From positions 1 to 44,825 of the forward strand of contig JBDSCZ010000287.1 in NCBI GenBank assembly GCA_039920865.1: a stretch of DNA of 44,825 nt, given 5' to 3'. Shown piece by piece: positions 21,817 to 31,213 of the stretch. A program made the position numbers and the translations under genes. A model generated the notes under the pieces. The model was given only the letters and a program-made list of their open reading frames with translations, did no database searches and was not told the DNA's origin. Positions within the stretch are counted from its first letter, which is position 1. The number at the start of each line of letters is the position of its first letter. This DNA is from Burkholderiaceae bacterium. Lineage in GTDB: Bacteria; Pseudomonadota; Gammaproteobacteria; Burkholderiales; Burkholderiaceae_D.

Positions 21817-22335
21817 ATGTCCAAGACCTTGCGTCTTTCCCCGCTGTTTTCCTTGCTGTTACTAACTGCCTGCGTCTCGATGCCATCCGGTCCGAGTATG
21901 CTGGTACTGCCGGGGTCGGGCAAGAATTTTGACCAGTTTCGGGCTGACGATTTCTCGTGCCGGCAATATGCGCATTACCAGCTTGGCGGCGCGACAGCAG
22001 ACCAGGCCGCACTGGATAGCGGGGTCCGCAGCGCAGCCTTGGGTACGGTGCTAGGTGCCGCTGCCGGTGCCGCCATGAATGGCAGAAGTGGCGCCGGTGT
22101 TGGCGCAGGGGCCGGTTTGCTATTTGGGGGGCTGTCAGGGGCGGGTGCGGCCAGCAGTTCGGGTTACGGCGTGCAGCAGCGCTACGATTTCGCTTACCAG
22201 CAATGCATGTATGCAAAAGGCCATCGGGTGCCGGTATATGGTCGCTTCACGCAAGAAGTGCGCCCTCCCGCCAGTGGTTATGCAATTCCGCCGCCGAACA
22301 CGCCGCCGCCCGCTGGCATGACGCCGCGCTATTAA
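21817..22335 (+). CDS. Glycine-zipper lipoprotein (start revised to MSKTLR)
   Basis: Lipobox LTAC, Gly/Ala zipper GAAAGAA..GAGVGAGAG, YQQCMYAKG, Pro-rich tail; RBS GGAG. Confidence 0.82.
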   Translation: MSKTLRLSPLFSLLLLTACVSMPSGPSMLVLPGSGKNFDQFRADDFSCRQYAHYQLGGATADQAALDSGVRSAALGTVLGAAAGAAMNGRSGAGVGAGAGLLFGGLSGAGAASSSGYGVQQRYDFAYQQCMYAKGHRVPVYGRFTQEVRPPASGYAIPPPNTPPPAGMTPRY

Positions 22336-22532
22336 GCATTGCAGGAGGCATCCCCGCCTGCAATCCGATGCAGTATTCGGCCTTATGCGCCTCCTGACTG
22401 CGATGGTTGCCGTTTCTGTTGCATCGCGCTCGCCCCGCGCACTTATCGATAGCGCGGAACGTACACGTCGGTGTACCAGTTAAAACAGCGGGTGCATACC
22501 GAACGACTTCAGTTCGACTGAGAAGCGATGCA

Positions 22533-23144
22533 TTACCGCTTTGCTACGGCAAGGGCTGCGCCGAAAAACATAAACGTTGCACCGCTGGCTTTGTTAATCG
22601 TGTGGCAGCCGCGTTCCGAGGTGAGCCAGGCTTTCGCGCGCTGAGCAAAGAAAGCGTAGAGGCAATGAATAACGACGACCAACGAACTATATGTGAGTAC
22701 CAAAGTAAAGAACTGGGCTGCGTAACTGTTGGATGAATCGATGAATTGCGGGAAAACCGAAAGAAAGAAAAAGATGGCTTTGGGGTTGGTGAGCTGCAAG
22801 GATATCCCCTCGACAAAACGGCGTCGAAAACTTGCTTGATGAGCTGATTGTTCTGCGAATTCGAAGGCAGGGGCACGCCACAATCGGACACCTAAATAAA
22901 TGAGATACGCAGCGCCAATAAACTTGAGGATAGTAAAAGCTGTTGCAGATGTGGCAAGCACAACACCTAGGCTGGTAGCGGAAATTGCGGCTACAACGAG
23001 TGCGCCGAAAGCTATGCCAAGAATGCCGCCAAGGGTGCCGCGGAGGCCATAGCGCAGAGAATTGGTGAGCGTCATTACAACACCGGGGCCGGGGCTGAAA
23101 ACCGTGGCAGTAGCCATGAGCAGGAACAGTGGGTAGAGTTTCAT
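22533..23144 (-). CDS. LysE/RhtB-family amino acid exporter
   Basis: SPGPG, LKFIGAAYLIYLG, LTNPKAIFFF motifs. Confidence 0.93.
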   Translation of the reverse strand: MKLYPLFLLMATATVFSPGPGVVMTLTNSLRYGLRGTLGGILGIAFGALVVAAISATSLGVVLATSATAFTILKFIGAAYLIYLGVRLWRAPAFEFAEQSAHQASFRRRFVEGISLQLTNPKAIFFFLSVFPQFIDSSNSYAAQFFTLVLTYSSLVVVIHCLYAFFAQRAKAWLTSERGCHTINKASGATFMFFGAALAVAKR

Positions 23145-23304
23145 CGATTGCTTTCAAGGGCATAACGAATGGAGTCTGTCCGCCGCTCAAGCGTAGTGCG
23201 GGCAGTCGGGCGGCAGCGGCGGAAAAACTTGGATTGGCTGAACCGTCTCATTGCGCGGTTCGTGAACGATTGTAAGTTGAACGGCGGCTGATTTAAGTGG
23301 AAAT

Positions 23305-23373
23305 ATACTGCGTACTGTATTATTAAATTCCCAATTAATTATTGCGATAATCCAGAGTTTTTTGTCCATACCC
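23305..23373 (+). repeat. Dispersed spaced-motif element, copy F
   Basis: ATAC tgcgtact GTAT tattaaatt CCCA attaattat TGCG N21 ATAC cc. Confidence 0.8.
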
Positions 23374-23501
23374 CCCACGAAATATGGATAATATTTGGAC
23401 TGTTCTTTTGTCGTTTCGAATCAAAAACTGGATTGTCCGCCAGGCCGCGTCAGTATCCAGACGGCGTTCTCTGGTGGCGCCGGTTACGGTGGAATTTTCC
23501 G

Positions 23502-23567
23502 AAAAAAAAGCCCGCTGGTTAAAGCGGGCTTAAATCTATTTTCTAGGAGGAGAATAGAGGAGACAAA
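23502..23567 (-). ncRNA. Small RNA resembling the Betaproteobacteria toxic sRNA family
   Basis: Minus strand TTTGTCTCCTCTATTCTCCTCCTAGAAAATAGATTTAAGCCCGCTTTAACCAGCGGGCTTTTTTTT: two CUCCUC motifs plus terminator; GATAAT -10-like hexamer just upstream. Confidence 0.78.
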
Positions 23568-23680
23568 ATGATTATCGGAGGTAGACAACGATAAATCCAA
23601 TGCTAATTACAAATATCGATTATGCAATCTTAGAATATCTGTCGCAGGCTTGTTCGATAAAAATTCTGTGCGCTTGTTGC

Positions 23681-24211
23681 TCAATCCAGCATCACGGAAC
23701 CGCCGGGACCCCAGTTTACTTTCGTGATGCCAGGCTCCTCCTCCTCAAGGCGCCGCGCCTCAAGTTCCTGTGGAGTCAACGCGCCGCACTGTACGCGCAC
23801 CTGATCTGCCAAGTGCCGATCTTCCATTGCCTTATCCCTGCGCTCCAGCGAGAGCCGGATGATTTCTTCCAGTTCAGCGGCAACCCATGGTTTGCTGATA
23901 TAGCGGAACACTTCAGCCCGGTTGACCGCATTAATGATCGTATCAAAATCGGCGGAGGCACTGAGCATCAAGCGCACTGCATCCGGTTGCGCGTTTCGTA
24001 CCTGCTCCAGAAATTCCACGCCATTCATTTGCGGCATATGAAAATCCGAAATGACACAATCGAAAGCGACTTCGCTTGTGCGCTGCAACGCTTGCCGCGG
24101 ATCGGTATATAGCTCCATCAGAAACTCTTCATCCCGAATTTTCTGGCGCAGCGTGCGCTGCAATGCCTGTAAAATATTTATTTCGTCATCCACCAATAGA
24201 AAACGTCGCAT
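23681..24211 (-). CDS. Response regulator (REC plus short C-terminal extension)
   Basis: LLVDDE, VISDFHMP (phospho-Asp), YISKPW; GITKVNWGPGGSV tail. Confidence 0.9.
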   Translation of the reverse strand: MRRFLLVDDEINILQALQRTLRQKIRDEEFLMELYTDPRQALQRTSEVAFDCVISDFHMPQMNGVEFLEQVRNAQPDAVRLMLSASADFDTIINAVNRAEVFRYISKPWVAAELEEIIRLSLERRDKAMEDRHLADQVRVQCGALTPQELEARRLEEEEPGITKVNWGPGGSVMLD

Positions 24212-25545
24212 TACCCCCTCCGATCCAGATGGACACTGACACTTAAACGTGCTCCGCCTGCTGTTTCAAAATCCAGAATCTGCTGGATCAACCGTTCATC
24301 AAGTACATGATCTGCGGAGAGCAACAAAATACCGTCCCGACTGATCAAATCTCGCGTCAATACCATCCCTGGCTGCAATTTAACTGTCGCCAGGATAACT
24401 TCGCGTGGAGCAGTTCCGCCTTCGACTGCATTCAATATGCCATTGAATGCATTGACGACGCCAGGGTCGTAGCGCTTTCCGCTGCCTTGGGTGATGCTGA
24501 CTCTCGCATCATCGGGCGGGAAGCGGCGCTGTACCAGGGTGCCGATCTGGAGGCTGTCGTAATCGCTGGCCAAGGCAAGGATGCGCGCGCCTATCGGTAT
24601 TGCATCGGCAGCGAGCGCATCAGGAAAACCTGCGCCGTCGAAGCGCTCCAGTTGCGAACGCAATATCTTGGCGGCACCGCGCAAATCCTCCAGCGGCATC
24701 AGTAACTGCTCTCCACGCACTGGAAATTTTCGGAAGATCGCAAGATTGTCGCCTGCCATGGAACTCACCGGCATCGTTAGCATTTCATCGGAGAAGGCGA
24801 TTTTTCCGATATCGATCATCAGGCCGGCAATGAATATCTCTTGCAGCACCTTTCCCTCCAGCCCCATTCGCACTGCGATTTTACGTGCCAGATCGGCAAC
24901 GCGGCGTGAATGTCCGGCCAGATGGCCTCCGCGCATTTCAATCAGGTTGGAAAAGACCTTGATCGAGGTCAGGAAGCTGGTTTTGAGTTTTTCGTTGGCG
25001 CCCAGCAAGGCGTCGTTTGCCTTGTTCAGATCGGCGGTGCGATCGCGGACTTTTTCTTCGAGGCTGGCATTCAGAGCTTTCAATTCATCGTTCTGGTGTT
25101 GCGTCAATTCCTCCAGGCGCAGTTTTTCATTCTCCAGCACCTTGCGTTCCAGCGCATCTCGAACGACCAGCAACATGTCGTTGTCATCCCATGGCTTGGC
25201 AATGTAGCGATAAATTTCACCCCTGTTGATAGCCTCGATAATCGAGCTGACATCCGCATAGCCAGTCAACAGGATACGGATTGTGTCCGGCCAGCGAGCA
25301 CGCACCAATTCAAGAAATTGGGCACCGTCCATCTCCGGCATGCGCATGTCGGAGATGACCAGGTCAACGGTTTCCGTTGCCAGCACCTGCAAGCCGGTGT
25401 TGCCGCTTTCGGCAACGAGAACGCGGTAGCCTTTGGCCCGGAACAGGCGGCGCAGCGAAGACAGAATGTTCGGTTCATCATCGACACACAATAATGTCGG
25501 TTGCCTTGCTTCAGCCTTAACTGGCATGTGCGCGGCTTCGGTCAT
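24211..25545 (-). CDS. REC plus degenerate HD-GYP-like protein
   Basis: CVDDE/ISDMRMP/AKPW REC; HSRRVA..MIDIGK..QLERFDGAGFP HD-GYP-like fold with altered metal ligands. Confidence 0.88.
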   Translation of the reverse strand: MTEAAHMPVKAEARQPTLLCVDDEPNILSSLRRLFRAKGYRVLVAESGNTGLQVLATETVDLVISDMRMPEMDGAQFLELVRARWPDTIRILLTGYADVSSIIEAINRGEIYRYIAKPWDDNDMLLVVRDALERKVLENEKLRLEELTQHQNDELKALNASLEEKVRDRTADLNKANDALLGANEKLKTSFLTSIKVFSNLIEMRGGHLAGHSRRVADLARKIAVRMGLEGKVLQEIFIAGLMIDIGKIAFSDEMLTMPVSSMAGDNLAIFRKFPVRGEQLLMPLEDLRGAAKILRSQLERFDGAGFPDALAADAIPIGARILALASDYDSLQIGTLVQRRFPPDDARVSITQGSGKRYDPGVVNAFNGILNAVEGGTAPREVILATVKLQPGMVLTRDLISRDGILLLSADHVLDERLIQQILDFETAGGARLSVSVHLDRRG

Positions 25546-27059
25546 GCTTGTTCACCTTCGGTATTCTTTTTTTGGGCATGATGGATCGGCCACATGATGC
25601 GGAATGTGGTGCCCGATCCGCATTGGCTTTCGACTTCTATGGTGCCAGCGTGCTTTTGCATGATGCCATACGAAAGCGACAGGCCAAGACCGGTTCCCTT
25701 GCCTATCGCTTTGGTCGTGAAAAATGGGTCAAAAATACGTTTCAAGTTCTTTTCTGGAATCCCGGTTCCGTTATCTGTGACTTCAATCCAGACATTTGTG
25801 CCCATCGTTCCGCTACGGATGGTAATTTTTCCACGCGCATCGCCCATCGCATGTGCTGCATTCACCACCAGATTCATGATCACCTGATTAATCTGTGACG
25901 GCAGGCATTCGACATCCGGAATATTGCCGTACTCCTTGACGACATCTGCTTTGTATTTGACTTCGTTACTGACGATGTTGAGTGTGGAGTCGATACCCTG
26001 ATGCAGGTTTGCCCATTGCCATTCCTGGTTTTCATCCACCCTGGAAAAATCTTTCAGGTCCTGCACAATTTTTCTTACGCGAACGATCCCCTCCTTGGAC
26101 TCACGCATCAAGGCCGGGATATCTTCTCTCAGGAATGAGAGTTCCACCTGTTCGCGCACAATCTTAATGTGTGCTGCGACCTCAGCAGATGCTATCTCCG
26201 GTTCGGCTGCCTCATAAACTGCAAGCATTTGAAACATCCCGTCCAGGTAGTTCTCAAGCGTGCTGAAGTTTGAAAAAATATAGCCTATCGGATTATTGAT
26301 TTCATGGGCGACCCCGGCCGCCAGCTGGCCAATTGAAGCCAGCTTGTCTGATTGTAAAAGCTGCTCTTGCGCCATTGATAGCTTGGCATTGAGTTCGGTT
26401 AATTCTGCATTGCGACGCTGGGTATCGGCATCTGTTTTTTCGCGGTGCCGGATATCATCGGCCAATTTTAGATTTGCGTCTGCCAGTTGTGCCGTGCGGC
26501 ATTCAACCACATGCTCCAGATTGGCATGCGCACGCCGCAAGGATTCTTCTGCGACGCGCCGTTCCGAGACGTCTTGCAGCGTCTCTATCGCACCGACTAT
26601 CTGCCCATGGCTGTTGCGCAATGGCGCGGCTGTAAAATGCATCCATAGTCCGTTATCACCCAGTTCCGGAAAAAAATCCTCTGCCTCGAATGCATCCGGA
26701 ATCAAGTTTGAAGGCTTGAATTTATCTTGATAATACGTATCGACCATCTTCTCAATGCTACCGGATACGATCAGATCCGCCATCACCGGCCGCTCCTTGC
26801 CGTAGAACGGTAGCCATTGATTGCGCGTACCTATCATTTCTGCAGCAGATACACCAGTTGCCTGCTCACAGGCACAGTTCCAGTGCGTAATAACATGTTC
26901 GGCATTGATGACAAAAGTGGCAACTGGATTGCCGTCAAAAAAATCTGAAAGCGCAGGCGCCAAAATTCCTTTTGAGATATCGGTCACGCCACGCGTATCA
27001 AGGCTGTCGTTGTCAGCGCGCACCATGGGCAACTTTGTACCCTTATTCTTGTTCTCCAT
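25542..27059 (-). CDS. Cytoplasmic PAS sensor histidine kinase (NtrB-like)
   Basis: PAS (HWNCACEQATG), H-box GVAHEINNPI, NLVVNA, DNGTGI, FDPFFTTK, GTGLGLS. Confidence 0.93.
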   Translation of the reverse strand: MENKNKGTKLPMVRADNDSLDTRGVTDISKGILAPALSDFFDGNPVATFVINAEHVITHWNCACEQATGVSAAEMIGTRNQWLPFYGKERPVMADLIVSGSIEKMVDTYYQDKFKPSNLIPDAFEAEDFFPELGDNGLWMHFTAAPLRNSHGQIVGAIETLQDVSERRVAEESLRRAHANLEHVVECRTAQLADANLKLADDIRHREKTDADTQRRNAELTELNAKLSMAQEQLLQSDKLASIGQLAAGVAHEINNPIGYIFSNFSTLENYLDGMFQMLAVYEAAEPEIASAEVAAHIKIVREQVELSFLREDIPALMRESKEGIVRVRKIVQDLKDFSRVDENQEWQWANLHQGIDSTLNIVSNEVKYKADVVKEYGNIPDVECLPSQINQVIMNLVVNAAHAMGDARGKITIRSGTMGTNVWIEVTDNGTGIPEKNLKRIFDPFFTTKAIGKGTGLGLSLSYGIMQKHAGTIEVESQCGSGTTFRIMWPIHHAQKKNTEGEQA

Positions 27060-27072
27060 GCAATCAATCCTC

Positions 27073-27915
27073 TTAATTTACTAAAATCTGGCAGATCTCA
27101 TTAATTTGCAATTCTGTCTCCCCCAACACCTGCAGCACAGCCGACTGATCCAGGTTCAGACCGTTCCATGCATTGATGGATAATGAAGGTACCAATTCAT
27201 TCTCGTCGGCAGAAAAATCCAGTGCATGGACCATCGCATCGGCAACATGGACGAGATTGGTTAAGCCGCCACTCCATTGCTTGTCTGGCATATGGTGCCC
27301 AGCAACCGCCATCAGAATGGCTGGAGGAAAGCGCCAGTGTTCTGTCAATGTAAAACCTACGGCCGCATGGTCGCATGAGAGTATCTCGTGCTCGGCCTCC
27401 AGCATCGTGCAATCATGCTTTGTCCGATACTCGATTGCTGTTTGATATTGATCAGAAAATCCGGTGACCAGCACCAATCGACCGATATCATGTAGCAGGC
27501 CCGCCATGAACGCAGACTCTGGATTGATATCAACCCGTTTCGCGATCAAACTGGCACAAACCGCAGTGGCAATCGAGTGCTGCCAAAATCCCTGAAAATC
27601 AAATCTCCCTTGATTTTTGCTCGGGAAACGGCCAATTACGGCCGCAGCCGTAACCAGGGTAGACAGACTGTTCAAGCCAAGAACCGAGAGTGCATGCGGT
27701 ATGGTCGTAATTTTGCGCGGCATCCCGTAAAAAGAAGAATTGGCCAAACGCAATGCCTTGGCCGACAGCGCCTGATCCCTGGATACAATCGCTGACAATT
27801 GATTAATGTCGGCATTGTTCTGACCGATTTGTCCCAACAACTGCACCACAATCGCCGGCAAAGAGGGCAACGCATGAATCTTGTTGGCGATTTCAGTAAA
27901 GGCGATGTTATTCAT
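27073..27915 (-). CDS. HDOD-domain protein
   Basis: LPSLP, LRLANSSFYG, FWQHSIATA, GLLHDIGRL, HWRFP. Confidence 0.9.
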   Translation of the reverse strand: MNNIAFTEIANKIHALPSLPAIVVQLLGQIGQNNADINQLSAIVSRDQALSAKALRLANSSFYGMPRKITTIPHALSVLGLNSLSTLVTAAAVIGRFPSKNQGRFDFQGFWQHSIATAVCASLIAKRVDINPESAFMAGLLHDIGRLVLVTGFSDQYQTAIEYRTKHDCTMLEAEHEILSCDHAAVGFTLTEHWRFPPAILMAVAGHHMPDKQWSGGLTNLVHVADAMVHALDFSADENELVPSLSINAWNGLNLDQSAVLQVLGETELQINEICQILVN

Positions 27916-28231
27916 GCATGCCTCCCAATCGATACTGCATCAGATACTGCAATAATAGTTTGTCAGCCGGGCCGTCGCCGCATCGCCTGAACAGTTTATT
28001 GAGGCGCAGTCGCTGCAACTCGATCTCAGCTTGCCGACCAGTATCAGAGATTTTTTCCGCGGCAATAGTTAAGGTTTTTATGCCGTAGCGCGGCAATGAA
28101 AGCAACATCGCCTCAGTGATAACCGTTCCTTGTCCCAGGATCAATTCACCGTGGGTATCGAGCACGTCATTCGATATGATCATGCCAACCAGTACTTCAT
28201 TCATGGGTAACAGTCTGGTTGCATTTTTCAT
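27908..28231 (-). CDS. Small hypothetical protein (start revised to MKNATR, coupled to upstream stop)
   Basis: ATGA overlap with EAL gene stop; GMIISNDVLDTHGELILGQGTVIT motif. Confidence 0.75.
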   Translation of the reverse strand: MKNATRLLPMNEVLVGMIISNDVLDTHGELILGQGTVITEAMLLSLPRYGIKTLTIAAEKISDTGRQAEIELQRLRLNKLFRRCGDGPADKLLLQYLMQYRLGGMHE

Positions 28232-29973
28232 GCAATATCCCCGCAAGACGACAGCGTAATCAGTCTGCCGCGTGACTGGGACTGCGCACCCATTGCGCGA
28301 CAAGTCACGCTGAACCATGCGCCGTCGATTTCAACCACACGCGCAACGTTTTCTGCTATATCGCGTATTCCCTCAGAGAGGCTCGGTAATACATTAGCCA
28401 GATCACATCCTGTCACCAAACCTGCGGGCGCAAGCAGTGCCGTTGAGGCAGCATTTATGAAGACGACCATAGCCTGATCATCCAGACCAATGATCGGCAG
28501 CGGAAGGTGTTCCAGAACCTCACGGACAATCTCGAGACTGACTTCGTCACGGGCGATTTTTTGCTGCTTCTGTTTAAGCACCATCCCTAATTGCCTGTTT
28601 GCCGTTGCCAGTTCCTGGTTTACGGTATGGACTTCCGTATTGAGCCGCCTGTTTTCATCCTCTATTTCTTTGCGCCGAAAAGCTTCCGTTATATGTCCGC
28701 GCAATTGATTGTCGTCCCAGGGTTTAGTCAGGAATTTATAAACGGCCCCTTCGTTGACCGCATCTGTGACCGATTTCAATTCGGTGTACCCCGACAGTAC
28801 GATACGCACGGTATCCGGATATTTTTCTTTTGCCGCGCGTAGAAAGTCCACCCCCATCATGCCCGGCATGCGTTGATCTGAAACGATGACATCAACCACA
28901 TTCAGTTCAAGTAGCGCCAATCCTTCTGCGCCGCTATTAGCGGTTAAGATTTCATAACCATCGCGCCGTAACAGGCGCTTCAGTGCATTCAGAATATTGG
29001 GCTCGTCATCCACTAGCATTAAAGTTCGAGATGTTGGTCTGGCGTCGCCGAAAATATGTTTCGGCAATCTGTACCCATCGCGTAACAAAATGCTGATTTC
29101 AGCTTTGGGCAATGGATGACTGAAGAAAAAGCCTTGCATCTCATCGCACATGTTGCGCCGCAAGAAATGCCACTGCGCCTCTGTTTCCACACCTTCGGCC
29201 ACGACCTTGATGCCGAGGCTGTGGGCCATGGAAATAATCGTTTTTGCTATAACGGCATCATCCTGGTCGGTCACGATAGCGCTGATGAATGAGCGGTCGA
29301 TCTTGACCCGGTCGAAAGGGAATCGCTTCAAGTTACTCAGGGAGGAGTAGCCGGTGCCAAAATCATCCAATATCAGATCCACTTCAAGCACCTTCAATTG
29401 CCGCAGGATAATTTCACTGGACACAGTGTCTTGCATCAGGACTGTTTCTGTAATTTCAAGGGAGAGCATATGCGGATCAATCCGCATCTCAGTCAGCAAG
29501 TCTTCAATTTTTCCGGCTAGTTGAGCATCTTTAAACTGTCTCGATGAAACATTCACCGCAACGCGAAAATCAGTTAGCCCCTCATCGAGCCAGTTGCGTA
29601 TGTCCTGACAGGTCTGACGCAAGACCCATTCACCGATGATGCTTATCTGTCCTGATTCTTCTGCAATCGGGATAAAACGATCAGGCCCTATCAATCCCAG
29701 TTCCGGGTGCGTCCATCGCACCAGCGCTTCCAGGCTGACTAGTTTGCCGCTCTGAAAATCCACCAGTGGTTGATAATGCAGCAACAGTTGATTGCCAGCT
29801 ATCGCTGCATGCAGCGCATTTTCCAGTGCCACTCGATCCAATATTTTTTCGTTCATGTCATGGAGAAAACTGATAATTGCTTCGCGTTGAACCCTTGGAT
29901 TGGGAGGGGGCATAAGGGCATTTTTGGAAATTATCTTGGCATCATTGCCATCGCGCCTCATTTTTTTCATCAA
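28228..29973 (-). CDS. EAL phosphodiesterase-REC-PAS-like protein (true start may be MNEK at 29856)
   Basis: EAL, VNVS, LEITE, DDFGTGYSS, KIDRSF, AEGVE, MQG motifs intact; REC LVDDE/VSDQRMP/TKPW. Confidence 0.9.
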   Translation of the reverse strand: MMKKMRRDGNDAKIISKNALMPPPNPRVQREAIISFLHDMNEKILDRVALENALHAAIAGNQLLLHYQPLVDFQSGKLVSLEALVRWTHPELGLIGPDRFIPIAEESGQISIIGEWVLRQTCQDIRNWLDEGLTDFRVAVNVSSRQFKDAQLAGKIEDLLTEMRIDPHMLSLEITETVLMQDTVSSEIILRQLKVLEVDLILDDFGTGYSSLSNLKRFPFDRVKIDRSFISAIVTDQDDAVIAKTIISMAHSLGIKVVAEGVETEAQWHFLRRNMCDEMQGFFFSHPLPKAEISILLRDGYRLPKHIFGDARPTSRTLMLVDDEPNILNALKRLLRRDGYEILTANSGAEGLALLELNVVDVIVSDQRMPGMMGVDFLRAAKEKYPDTVRIVLSGYTELKSVTDAVNEGAVYKFLTKPWDDNQLRGHITEAFRRKEIEDENRRLNTEVHTVNQELATANRQLGMVLKQKQQKIARDEVSLEIVREVLEHLPLPIIGLDDQAMVVFINAASTALLAPAGLVTGCDLANVLPSLSEGIRDIAENVARVVEIDGAWFSVTCRAMGAQSQSRGRLITLSSCGDIA

Positions 29974-30659
29974 AGGTTAAATAGGTGCCGGACATGATGC
30001 CCATCTCAACCAAGATAATCTTCAGAGTCGCACGCAGTGACATTTCATATTCACTGAAATCATTCAGATTCGCATTCGGCATTCCAGGGTTTTGGAGGTT
30101 CGTGTTACCGAACTCAAGGCCAGTCAAACGTGAGCGAAGTAACTGTTCATCTGTGACGAAAGTTGCCAACAAGGTGGCATAAAAACGGGGAAATAATGCG
30201 CGACCCAACCATGGAACGCATTCCATTTAGAGCAGCGGATCGCGCTAATGCATTAACCCTATCCCCGCAATTCCTCAGTTCCAAATTATACGAAAACCTC
30301 TTTTCCCTTGTTGACACCTGAAATGGCCAGCTACGGCGTCTAATGCCGACTATGGAAACATTGACTTGAGGCATTATTTTAAAGCAAAGCATGGAAAATA
30401 GTAGTTGTTGGGAAGTAGTCACTTGATGGCCTTCGCTTGGCGGGAGAGACGTCATTCTCTATGGAGAAACTGCAATTTGTGAATCCGGCTTTTTCGTAGC
30501 TATTTGAATAAGGCGAGGTTGAGTGCTAAAAGATCTCAAAAGGGCGCTTGGCCGTCTGTCTGAATTTCCGGCGCAAACATTAGCAGCATGGCGCTGTTAA
30601 CCCGTTAGCTATTTAGATGTGACTGAGACTTCTTTGGCGCATTAGCCAAAATTCAGCAG

Positions 30660-30758
30660 TTAGAGAGAGATTAGGGTAATGCAAACCGCTAACAAAATGG
30701 CGATAGCCAGTAACCCATTCCCTATAACCTTATCAAATTTATCTTCACTTTTCATCAT
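30660..30758 (-). CDS. Unannotated 32-aa single-TM small protein
   Basis: MMKSEDKFDKVIGNGLLAIAILLAVCITLISL*, preceded by AAAGGAG. Confidence 0.55.
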   Translation of the reverse strand: MMKSEDKFDKVIGNGLLAIAILLAVCITLISL

Positions 30759-31213
30759 GCTCTCCTTTGGATATTTTTCTTAGAGTATGAATAAATACTA
30801 GTTTTGATAATTTGATAATGCACAATAAATGCGTTCAATAAACTAATTTTGTATAGGAATACGTTGGTAACGCTTCTATTTTGACTCATTCGCGGACATT
30901 TCATTAGCCCAACTGCAAGCCTTTTAAGCAGTTGCCATTAATGGGATTTGTAACATTGACGTTGCGTCATAAGAACATTTGTAATGAGGTATTTTCTAAT
31001 ACCAGCATCGACGTTCCATTGAAGGTGGAATGAACTGAGACTTGCTCCGGTGGGTTTTGTGACCGTTGAACGTCTGTGGCTCCGCAAAAAATCCGGAGGG
31101 AGCACTCTTCAGCAAACAATAAGACCTAATTTAGAGAAAATGTAACAAACACTAAGTCCTGTCAATAAAAACGGCGCCCTTTTTGGTTCGCAGCACAAAG
31201 TGTCTATTTGAGA

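Noticed and set aside
29942-30455. ORFs 29942-30226 and 30147-30455, and a possible c-di-GMP riboswitch upstream of the EAL gene
   Set aside because: No recognisable protein motifs or RBS, and no GEMM consensus visible by eye.
30783-30854. Possible degenerate element copy (GAGTAT...TGCG...GTAT)
   Set aside because: Distances are off by several bp and the CGCA at the fixed N21 position is missing.
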